From: Anaerolineales bacterium UBA4823
GTDB lineage: Bacteria > Chloroflexota > Anaerolineae > Anaerolineales > UBA4823
Direction: 5' to 3'
DNA length: 33,163 nt
Assembly (NCBI GenBank): GCA_002402275.1
Contig: DHFN01000119.1
Coordinates: 1 to 33,163, forward strand
Of this stretch, positions 7,533 to 15,166 are shown piece after piece. Within the stretch, counting starts at the first letter, position 1. Each line of letters opens with the position of its first letter. The translations under genes were made by a program, and so were the position numbers. The notes under the pieces were generated by a model. It ran no database searches and was not told the origin of the DNA. It saw only the letters and a list, made by a program, of their open reading frames with translations.

Positions 7533-10500
7533 ATGAAAGATTTTCTATTTCGAGGTTCGACAAAAGAATTTGACCCAAACCTTGGTGAATTATTAGAACT
7601 CGAGGCGGAACGACAATCACGGAAACTTATCTTAATCCCAAGTGAAAGCACAGCTCCGTTCGCAATTAGAGAAATACTGAGCTCTCCTTTCCAGAATATT
7701 TATGCAGAAGGATATCCGGATGAATCCACCCGGAAATTTACAGAAGACGAGATTTTCGATTACGAAGTGAGGTTATCAGAGTTGCGAAGGTTTTCAGACC
7801 CTCGCTATTATAAAGGGGTGGAATATGCGGATATCGTCGAAATGTTAGCCCGAAGGCGTTGTGCAGAATTGTTCGCAAACTCTCAGGTAGGAGCGGATGA
7901 TATATTTGTGAACGTTCAGCCATTATCTGGCGCGCCAGCAAACAATGCTGTATTCCATGCCTTGATTAATCCGGGAGACCCAATTCTTGGAATGAGCTTG
8001 CTGCATGGAGGACATTTATCCCATGGCTCATCCGTAAACCGTTCTGGAAAATATTATCAGGCATATCATTACACCATTAATCCTCAAACAGAACAAATTG
8101 ATTACGATGAAATCGAAGCTCTTGCAAAAAAAGTCCAACCGAAGATAATTATCGCAGGCTTTTCTTCATATCCTTGGTCAGTAGATTGGGCACGATTTCG
8201 GGATATTGCAAAATCAGTTGGGGCTTACTTGATGGCTGATATTGCCCACGTAGCTGGGCTGGTTGCAGCTGGAGTTTATCCATCCCCAATTGGTTATGCC
8301 GATGTGATCACATTTACGACTCATAAATCCTTATGTGGTCCACGCGGGGCTTGTATTCTAACCACGAATTCAAGTCTGGCAAAGAAAGTCGATCGAGCTG
8401 TTTTTCCAGGTGAGCAGGGAGGGCCGCATGTAAACGTTTTTGCAGCGATCGCTTTGACTTTTAAACTAGCCAAAACCGAACAATTTCGAGAGCTTCAGCA
8501 ACAAATTGTCAAGAATTGTGTTGCATTTACCGAGAAACTCCGATCATTGGGTGGAAAAATCCCTTATGGTGGGACAGATACCCATTTGACAAACCTCGAT
8601 TGTAGTACATTTATTGGTCCTGATGGCACTACTCTTTCAGGGGATTACGCGGCTCGAATTTTGGATATTGCTGGAATCGTCGTAAATCGCAACACTATCC
8701 CAGGAGATACCTCTGCGGTTGATCCATCCGGTATTCGAATGGGTACACCCTGGGTAACTCAGCGTGGTTTCAAAGAAGAGGAAATGCGTCAATTAGCAGA
8801 GATTATATATAAATTATTAAGCTCAACTAAACCTTACACTTATGCAGTTCGAAAAGGAAATTTGCGGAGGTCAAAAGTAGATTTTGAAACGCTTGAAGAA
8901 ACCAAACTGCTAACTCGCTCTCTTGTTGAAAAAGCCGGGATTGATTTCAAAGCTTCTCAGCATGGATACCCTCATTTTTATTATATTGATGACCAATTTA
9001 AGACTAAAGACAATCTCGGGTCCGTTTTATTGAAGGGTGAACATATCCGAGAATTTTTGGATTATGCAACTGATGTAGATGTATCTATTCTCAAGCTTGG
9101 AGAATCCTGTTCGGTCAAGGTGACCACTCCTAAAGGCGTTGGAGAAGGGTGGTTGACATGTCAATCTCCATATGAATATCTCCTACAAATTGATACAGAA
9201 AACATTGCCATGATTGCGACATGGCTGCGATCCCTTTCCGATGGTTATGTGGATCTTATGGGTTTGGATCACAGCCAAATTGGAATAATGAAAAAACTAC
9301 CTGGTCCAATCATTACACGAGAGGTTACTCCCATAGGCATTCCGTCTTCTCTTAAAAATAATAACAAAGAGCAGAAACCTTATTTTTTAGGAATGGATCT
9401 TCAGAAAGGGGCTCACCCATTGCCAGATTTTCAATGGGTTGAAATGGAAACTGGGCTTAAACAGACTCCAATATATGAGATTCACCGTGAGTTAGGGGCA
9501 AAAATTATCCCATTCGCTGGTTGGGAAATGCCAGTTTGGTATAGTTCAGTCATTGAAGAGCATAATGCTACCCGGGAAGCTGCTGGGCTATTTGATGTGG
9601 CTCACATGGGAGTGTATCAAGCAGAAGGTGCTGATGCAGCGGCATTTCTTGATTGTGTTTGCGGGAACGATATTGGAGGTCTGGAAGTAGGCGAATCTTG
9701 TTACACCCATTTTCTGGATCCAGACGCCAATGTGATTGATGATACGTTGGTTTATCGTCGCGAAAATGAGAAATTTTTGATTGTGGTAAATGCCTCGAAT
9801 GATGATAAAGATTGGGCATGGTTAAATGCAGTGAAAGATGGTAAGGTAATAGTAGATCGGGAGCATCCCTGGGCACGTGTGTTTGGATGGGGAGTCTGGC
9901 TGAGAAATCTCCGCGATCCCAAAGAAGGTAAAGATATGCGTGTAGATATAGCTTTGCAGGGCCCCAAATCGCGCGACATTCTCCTTGCTCTTGGCGCAGA
10001 TGCAGAAAACCGAAAGAAGATTATGAAGCTTGAACGTACTCATTTATGTGATGCCCAGGTAGGAGATTTTGATTTAGTCGTCTCTAGAACCGGGTATACG
10101 GGGGAGCGGATGGCGTTTGAATTATTTGTTCACCCGAACCAGGCAAGCCGGCTATTCAAAGAGTTGTTACGGGTTGGGGAACCGTTCGGAATAAAACCCA
10201 TTGGTTTAGGAGCCCGCGATTCATTAAGAACCGAAGCAGGATTACCGCTTTATGGTCATGAGATGGGTTTGGGTTCTGGAAAACGGGGAGAAAGCGATCT
10301 AGGAGTAGCTGAAGGCGGCTTCGGCAGTTATGTAAAACTCCATAAACCGTGGTTTATTGGCAGGGATGCATTTGCGCAGCGTGAAAAAGAGAGAAAGGGT
10401 GTAGTTGTTCGATTTCAATTTCCCGAAAAAGGAGTACGTATGGCGCATAATGGTGACCCAGTTTTAGATAAACGAGGAAAAGTCATTGGCTGGGTGACAA

Positions 10501-10691
10501 GTTGTGCAGTTGATCGGCAAGGATTGTTAACCGGTCAAGCTTATGTTGAGTTAAAGAGCGCTGACGAAGGGATAAAAATATTCATTTATCAAGGTGCACC
10601 GGACAAACCTGGCAAAGCGCCCGCAGAAGTGAAATTAGGGGACAAGGAAATATTACCCACTGAAGCAGTGGTAATTAGCCGATTCCCTTAG
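7533..10691 (+). CDS. Fusion protein: serine hydroxymethyltransferase (about aa 1-440), cryptic T-like middle module (about aa 441-644), glycine-cleavage aminomethyltransferase GcvT (about aa 645-1052)
   Basis: The N-terminal part carries LIPSESTAPFAIRE, NIYAEGYP, NVQPLSGAPANNAV, GGHLSHG, the PLP-lysine motif TFTTHKSLCGPRG (K265, nt 8325-8327) and VNRNTIPGD. The C-terminal part carries TPIYEIHRELGAKIIPFAGWEMPVWY, LFDVAHMG, RTGYTGERMAFELFV, GLGARDSLRTEAGLPLYGHE and a C-terminal barrel (VVRF...GKVIGWVTSCA). It is a single uninterrupted 1052-codon frame. AGGAG lies 7 nt upstream of the ATG. Confidence 0.85.
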   Translation: MKDFLFRGSTKEFDPNLGELLELEAERQSRKLILIPSESTAPFAIREILSSPFQNIYAEGYPDESTRKFTEDEIFDYEVRLSELRRFSDPRYYKGVEYADIVEMLARRRCAELFANSQVGADDIFVNVQPLSGAPANNAVFHALINPGDPILGMSLLHGGHLSHGSSVNRSGKYYQAYHYTINPQTEQIDYDEIEALAKKVQPKIIIAGFSSYPWSVDWARFRDIAKSVGAYLMADIAHVAGLVAAGVYPSPIGYADVITFTTHKSLCGPRGACILTTNSSLAKKVDRAVFPGEQGGPHVNVFAAIALTFKLAKTEQFRELQQQIVKNCVAFTEKLRSLGGKIPYGGTDTHLTNLDCSTFIGPDGTTLSGDYAARILDIAGIVVNRNTIPGDTSAVDPSGIRMGTPWVTQRGFKEEEMRQLAEIIYKLLSSTKPYTYAVRKGNLRRSKVDFETLEETKLLTRSLVEKAGIDFKASQHGYPHFYYIDDQFKTKDNLGSVLLKGEHIREFLDYATDVDVSILKLGESCSVKVTTPKGVGEGWLTCQSPYEYLLQIDTENIAMIATWLRSLSDGYVDLMGLDHSQIGIMKKLPGPIITREVTPIGIPSSLKNNNKEQKPYFLGMDLQKGAHPLPDFQWVEMETGLKQTPIYEIHRELGAKIIPFAGWEMPVWYSSVIEEHNATREAAGLFDVAHMGVYQAEGADAAAFLDCVCGNDIGGLEVGESCYTHFLDPDANVIDDTLVYRRENEKFLIVVNASNDDKDWAWLNAVKDGKVIVDREHPWARVFGWGVWLRNLRDPKEGKDMRVDIALQGPKSRDILLALGADAENRKKIMKLERTHLCDAQVGDFDLVVSRTGYTGERMAFELFVHPNQASRLFKELLRVGEPFGIKPIGLGARDSLRTEAGLPLYGHEMGLGSGKRGESDLGVAEGGFGSYVKLHKPWFIGRDAFAQREKERKGVVVRFQFPEKGVRMAHNGDPVLDKRGKVIGWVTSCAVDRQGLLTGQAYVELKSADEGIKIFIYQGAPDKPGKAPAEVKLGDKEILPTEAVVISRFP

Positions 10692-10716
10692 TAAATATTT
10701 TCAAAAGGAGGTATGA

Positions 10717-12006
10717 ATGGTTAAACCCACCATCAAGGTAACGGGTAATGCACGACAAGAACGTGGTTTACAGACTCCATGGGATCATCGCTATGCTCAT
10801 CGCACAAAACAAATGACAAGTTCTGCAGTTCGAGAATTGCTCAAGTTTACTGAGCAGCCCGAGGTCATTTCATTTGCAGGAGGGATGCCTGCTCCTGACC
10901 TCTTTCCGATCGAAGAATTTGCAGAAGCTTGCCAAAAAGTACTTCACGAGCACGGTGCTCAAGCATTACAGTATGGTATAACAGAGGGATATACTCCCTT
11001 ACGCGAACAAATCTCTCGCCATACTGCTCGATATGGGATTTCTATCAACCCTGATAATGTTTTGATCACAACTGGCTCTCAACAAGCTCTCGATTTGATT
11101 GGGAAGATCTTTATCAACCGAGGAGATCGGATATTAGTTGAATCACCTACTTATTTAGGAGCCCTGCAAGCTTGGAATGCTTATGGTGCTGAATATATCA
11201 CTGTTCCGTTAGATGAAAATGGGATGGACACCGATGCTTTAGAAGAGGCTTTACGTTATGGGCCAAAATTCATCTATGTTTTACCAAATTTTCAAAACCC
11301 GACCGGTGTAACTCTTTCAATGGAGCGACGGTATAAACTTGTCGAACTTGCTGATCGTTATGGGGTTCCAATCATAGAAGACGACCCTTACGGACAACTT
11401 CGTTATGATGGTGAACACCTTCCTTCAATTGTAGCAATTGATCATCAATATCGAGAGAATCACGACCATTGTTATCGCGGGAACGTAATATATTTAAGCA
11501 CTTTTTCCAAAATCTTGGCACCTGGTCTGCGTTTAGCCTGGGTAGTTGCACCACATGAAGTCATTCGCAAAATGGTGGAGGCAAAACAGGGTGAAGATTT
11601 AAATACTTCAACGTTTAACCAATTAGTTGCCCATGAGGTATCGAAAGGTGGTTTTCTGGACGAGCATATTAAATTGATCCGAAAAGTCTATCGCGAGCGG
11701 CGGGATGCAATGCTTGCTGCAATGGATCGCTATTTCCCCCCCGAAGTTGATTGGACCCATCCCGATGGAGGGCTTTTCCTTTGGGCAACCTTACCAGAAT
11801 ACTTGACCTCAAAGGATGTTCTAGAAGAAGCACTGAAGCAAAAGGTTGCTTTTGTCACAAGTGAACCTTTTTACCCTGATGGAAGCGGTCACAGGTCTAT
11901 GCGATTGAACTTCTCGTATTCTATGCCAGATAAAATAAATGAGGGCATACATCGTTTAGGTTCTGTGATTAAAGCAAAAGCAGAAGAAAAGAAGAAAGAA
12001 CTGTAA
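10717..12006 (+). CDS. PLP-dependent aminotransferase, class I/II (2-aminoadipate/kynurenine-aminotransferase-like, no HTH domain)
   Basis: MTSSAVRELLKF...ISFAGGMPAPDLFP, TTGSQQALDL, YVLPNFQNPTG and the PLP-lysine context YLSTFSKILAPGLRLAW are all present. A strong RBS (AAGGAGG) precedes the start, which is 25 nt after the fusion gene. Confidence 0.85.
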   Translation: MVKPTIKVTGNARQERGLQTPWDHRYAHRTKQMTSSAVRELLKFTEQPEVISFAGGMPAPDLFPIEEFAEACQKVLHEHGAQALQYGITEGYTPLREQISRHTARYGISINPDNVLITTGSQQALDLIGKIFINRGDRILVESPTYLGALQAWNAYGAEYITVPLDENGMDTDALEEALRYGPKFIYVLPNFQNPTGVTLSMERRYKLVELADRYGVPIIEDDPYGQLRYDGEHLPSIVAIDHQYRENHDHCYRGNVIYLSTFSKILAPGLRLAWVVAPHEVIRKMVEAKQGEDLNTSTFNQLVAHEVSKGGFLDEHIKLIRKVYRERRDAMLAAMDRYFPPEVDWTHPDGGLFLWATLPEYLTSKDVLEEALKQKVAFVTSEPFYPDGSGHRSMRLNFSYSMPDKINEGIHRLGSVIKAKAEEKKKEL

Positions 12007-12030
12007 GATTATAGCGTTTTAGACTCTCAC

Positions 12031-12071
12031 AGAGGTTGCCCTGAAGTCAAATTGGGCAACCTCTATTTTTT
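12031..12071 (+). terminator. Rho-independent terminator after the aminotransferase gene
   Basis: An 11-bp perfect stem pairs AGAGGTTGCCC (12031-12041) with GGGCAACCTCT (12054-12064). It is followed by ATTTTTT. The element lies between convergent genes. Confidence 0.7.
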
Positions 12072-13212
12072 AGGGACAGGATTGTCCCAAATGTTCCTGA
12101 TAAGTGTGTGAAAAAATGTGCCTACCACTATGATCGCAAGCTGCTCGAAAGTAAAAATAATCGCTTTGGGCAGGGTATGCAATAGCGAGCAATGCTTCTA
12201 AACTTGGACTACAAATTGGGGAGGGTGGTAAACCTTTATATAAATAAGTATTATATGGGCTGTCTATCTGTAAATCTTTTTCACTGAGTGGATTAGTCCA
12301 CCAAGTTTTTTGGGTTTTATTAAATCCTAAAGCATATTGTACAGTAGGATCCGAGTCAAGTTTCATATCTGCATTCAGGCGATTCAGATAAACTGAAGCA
12401 ATCATAGGCATTTCGTCCTTTATGATCGTTTCCCTTTGGACGATGGATGCCAAGATAACTGCTTCATAAAGAGACAATCCTTGTGAACGAAACTCGTTAA
12501 TAATGGGGGGTGTAATTTGTTTTTGAAAGTTGTTAATGAAGAGTTGGACTAGTTCTTCACTAATTTCTTGATGAGAGATGAGGTAAACATCGGGTAATAA
12601 AAATCCTTCGCTGATTGCTTCCTGATTGGTATTGATATTGGAGAAATAGAAAGATAATGGTTTTTGTGCTGAATGGAGAAAATCTTCCTGCTTGGAGACG
12701 ATTCCAGAGGCAACTAATGAATCCGCAATCTCTTCTAACCGCCATCCAGCAAGGATTTCATATTGGACAATTAAGTTGGATTGGATAGATAATGCTCGAG
12801 CAATTTCGATTTGGGAAAGTTTGGGATCAATGCGATGTTTTCCAGCAAGAAGTCGTTTATCCAACCCTGTATATAATAGGTAAACCCGTAGCCCTTCTGG
12901 ATCGGAAATAAGTTGCGCTTGTTGAAGTTGATTAAGGATCTCGCGAATGGATTCATCTGGTTGAATTGTAAATTCAATTGATGCCTCAGGAGTTGACTGA
13001 TGGGCAATTAAATCATTCTTATGCCAATAAAGAATTAGCTCATAGTATCCTTTTTGCCATAAAGTGAGCTCTGGATCGGGAGGACCAAAAATATCCTGAA
13101 TTTGGACGTGATTTTGGATTCCAATTATTAAAATAAAACCTATACCAAGAAAAATTGCCACTATAACAAAAAAAATTAACCAACGAATGAGGAATTTGGA
13201 TGTTTTACTCAT
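12070..13212 (-). CDS. mltG: Endolytic murein transglycosylase MltG (YceG-like)
   Basis: There is an N-terminal TM (WLIFFVIVAIFLGIGFILIIGI). The YceG motifs ASIVQRETIIKDEMPMIASVYLNRL...MKLDSDPTVQYALG and YNTYLYKGLPPSPICSP are present. Confidence 0.85.
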   Translation of the reverse strand: MSKTSKFLIRWLIFFVIVAIFLGIGFILIIGIQNHVQIQDIFGPPDPELTLWQKGYYELILYWHKNDLIAHQSTPEASIEFTIQPDESIREILNQLQQAQLISDPEGLRVYLLYTGLDKRLLAGKHRIDPKLSQIEIARALSIQSNLIVQYEILAGWRLEEIADSLVASGIVSKQEDFLHSAQKPLSFYFSNINTNQEAISEGFLLPDVYLISHQEISEELVQLFINNFQKQITPPIINEFRSQGLSLYEAVILASIVQRETIIKDEMPMIASVYLNRLNADMKLDSDPTVQYALGFNKTQKTWWTNPLSEKDLQIDSPYNTYLYKGLPPSPICSPSLEALLAIAYPAQSDYFYFRAACDHSGRHIFSHTYQEHLGQSCP

Positions 13213-13630
13213 TTTTCTCTTCTGGTTGATTTTCTAAATAATTTTGTAAAATGACAACCGCAGCAAGTGCATCGATCGGTTTTTCCCTTTGTTTCCGTTT
13301 CTTTGACGGTTTAGGCATTAGATCTCTGATTGTTTGAGAGCTTCGATATTCTTCCCACATTTTGACAGGGATTGGGGTGAGAATCTGGATAGCCTTAGTT
13401 AAATTCTCTGAACGGCGACTTTGTAGAGTGGGCAGATTATTACTATCGAGGGCTTGCCCAACGAGGATTAATTCCGCGAGATTTTCGGAAGCAATTTGAA
13501 CAATCCGAGCTGCATCAATCTGTCGAGAATTATGAGGAATCACCATTAAGGGAAGGGCTACTTTACCCGAAGGATCAGTAATAGCTAATCCAATTCGCCT
13601 TTGGCCAGGGTCAACAGCAAGGATGATCAT
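13205..13630 (-). CDS. ruvX: RuvX/YqgF putative pre-16S rRNA nuclease (Holliday junction resolvase-like)
   Basis: MIILAVDPGQRRIGLAITD... is the canonical YqgF N-terminus. ATG 13630-13628 overlaps the upstream stop in an ATGA arrangement. The ORF-track extension to 13681 adds 17 non-conserved residues that overlap the upstream gene. Confidence 0.85.
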   Translation of the reverse strand: MIILAVDPGQRRIGLAITDPSGKVALPLMVIPHNSRQIDAARIVQIASENLAELILVGQALDSNNLPTLQSRRSENLTKAIQILTPIPVKMWEEYRSSQTIRDLMPKPSKKRKQREKPIDALAAVVILQNYLENQPEEKNE

Positions 13631-15138
13631 AAGACAGTCTGAATGGCTATTTGCATCGGCAGAGCCGGTAAGAAATTCCACCAGGACGGTGTCATCAGAA
13701 TCTCGACCGGCTGCTGAAAAGGATAAATACTTTGAATACGCTGGCGAGCTAAATGAATAGGCTGCAGTAGGACCTGACGCTGAATTTCCTCTAAATCAAT
13801 TGCGGGGATAATTTGACGGCTAATTTCCATCTTACAGGAATAACTATTATTTTCATTTTTTTGGATTGCATTTAGACACTGAGTTTGAATAGAGGTATTT
13901 GCGGGTTGAAAATCTTTTGGAATATTGGCATTCATTAATTGGTTTGCTAATTGCAGAATGTTATTACCACTGCCAAGGGCAAATGTTGCTTCTATTTCCA
14001 GTTCGAGTTTGACCGTATCACTTGGTTCATTGAGCGCAGGTGAAAAAACACTTCGAATATAGGAGATATTGATAGGATCCTTATCCAATAGAAGGTCATC
14101 TTTTCCAGTTGATATCGAAAGTTGTTGGAAAGCTTGTTGGATTAGTTCTGTTTTAAGGTCCGAGAATAGATCCTCTTGATCCACTTTACTCACTGCCGGG
14201 GCGCTTTGGTCTGTGCCACCCTTAATATTGGCCGGGTTGGCTGCACTAACTTCTAATCCTAATGCTCCCTCAATGGATTGAATTGTATTGGCAGGAATAT
14301 TTTCAGAACTCCCAGCCACTAACGCTTTAATCGGCAAGGTTAAAGTCTTTCCCGCACCGGCGGGTATGCTGCCCAATCGGGTAATTTGATATCTATGAAT
14401 GGGAGCATTGATTGTTGTCACGATAGTCCCCAATGGTATATCTACCTCATGATCAGTAAGGTTTGTGAGAAGAACTTCACCCTCTGCAATTGATAATGGG
14501 ATAGTGATGATTCCGGTGGTTTTTCGAGATTTTTCACCTTGGACTCGAATGGTTTGCTGTGTAATAGGAATCTCCCCAGTTATTCGAATTTTTTCCAATT
14601 GAGGTTTAGCAGTTAGATAAAATGTCATTTTTTGTTGGATAGGGTCAGGGTGGATGGTTATCTTGGCTGATGGGAGAAGGGTAGCTGCCAGGGTCAGGAC
14701 TGCTAAAACACCCAATGAAAAAATAAACAAACGGGCGATAAAGGTATTTGTCCAGGGTTTCGATGAATTTCGTAATTGTTTAATTTTTTGTGTGGATTCG
14801 GAATATTTTTCATGGACCTGCAAAGAATGCTGATCTTTAAAAATAAAACTATCTGGGTTCTTCCACTCGGATTTTGTTGCTTTAGTTATGGTATGGAAAG
14901 TTGGGATAGAAAGTTCTTTCGCATAGGTTTTTGTTAATCGATCATTTGTGACAAAGGCAATCTGAGCGCCAATTTTCTGGGCATGTCTTAAAATTAATTC
15001 TTGCTCCAATTTATTTTGGAATACTTTATTTCGTTCTGGAAGAACTAGGATTAGACGAGATGCTCTTGCCCAACCCATTTTGTCACGGGTGGAAAGGCTG
15101 TCGTCATGTGGTTCTAATTGAATGATCTGGGTTTTCAT
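13627..15138 (-). CDS. Membrane-anchored hypothetical protein with baseplate-J (gp47)-like ectodomain
   Basis: A roughly 130-aa cytoplasmic N-domain is followed by one TM (FIARLFIFSLGVLAVLTLAATLL). The ectodomain reads AEGEVLLTNLTDHEVDIPLGTIVTT...IKALVAGSSENIPANTIQSIEGALGLEVSAANPANIKGGTDQ. This resembles the Baseplate_J signature (A-x-G-x-V..N....v.iP.Gt.v....v.A...G..gN.....I........v.N...i.GG.D) from memory. Confidence 0.55.
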   Translation of the reverse strand: MKTQIIQLEPHDDSLSTRDKMGWARASRLILVLPERNKVFQNKLEQELILRHAQKIGAQIAFVTNDRLTKTYAKELSIPTFHTITKATKSEWKNPDSFIFKDQHSLQVHEKYSESTQKIKQLRNSSKPWTNTFIARLFIFSLGVLAVLTLAATLLPSAKITIHPDPIQQKMTFYLTAKPQLEKIRITGEIPITQQTIRVQGEKSRKTTGIITIPLSIAEGEVLLTNLTDHEVDIPLGTIVTTINAPIHRYQITRLGSIPAGAGKTLTLPIKALVAGSSENIPANTIQSIEGALGLEVSAANPANIKGGTDQSAPAVSKVDQEDLFSDLKTELIQQAFQQLSISTGKDDLLLDKDPINISYIRSVFSPALNEPSDTVKLELEIEATFALGSGNNILQLANQLMNANIPKDFQPANTSIQTQCLNAIQKNENNSYSCKMEISRQIIPAIDLEEIQRQVLLQPIHLARQRIQSIYPFQQPVEILMTPSWWNFLPALPMQIAIQTVL

Positions 15139-15166
15139 TTGAATAGGATTTTATTCAATTAATCCC

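Noticed and set aside
9568-10043. Three antisense ORFs (102, 75 and 73 aa) inside the GcvT module
   Set aside because: They are entirely contained in a strongly supported coding frame on the other strand. Their translations carry no motifs.
13631-13681. 17-residue extension of ruvX
   Set aside because: It overlaps the upstream gene. The canonical YqgF N-terminus starts at the ATGA overlap at 13630.
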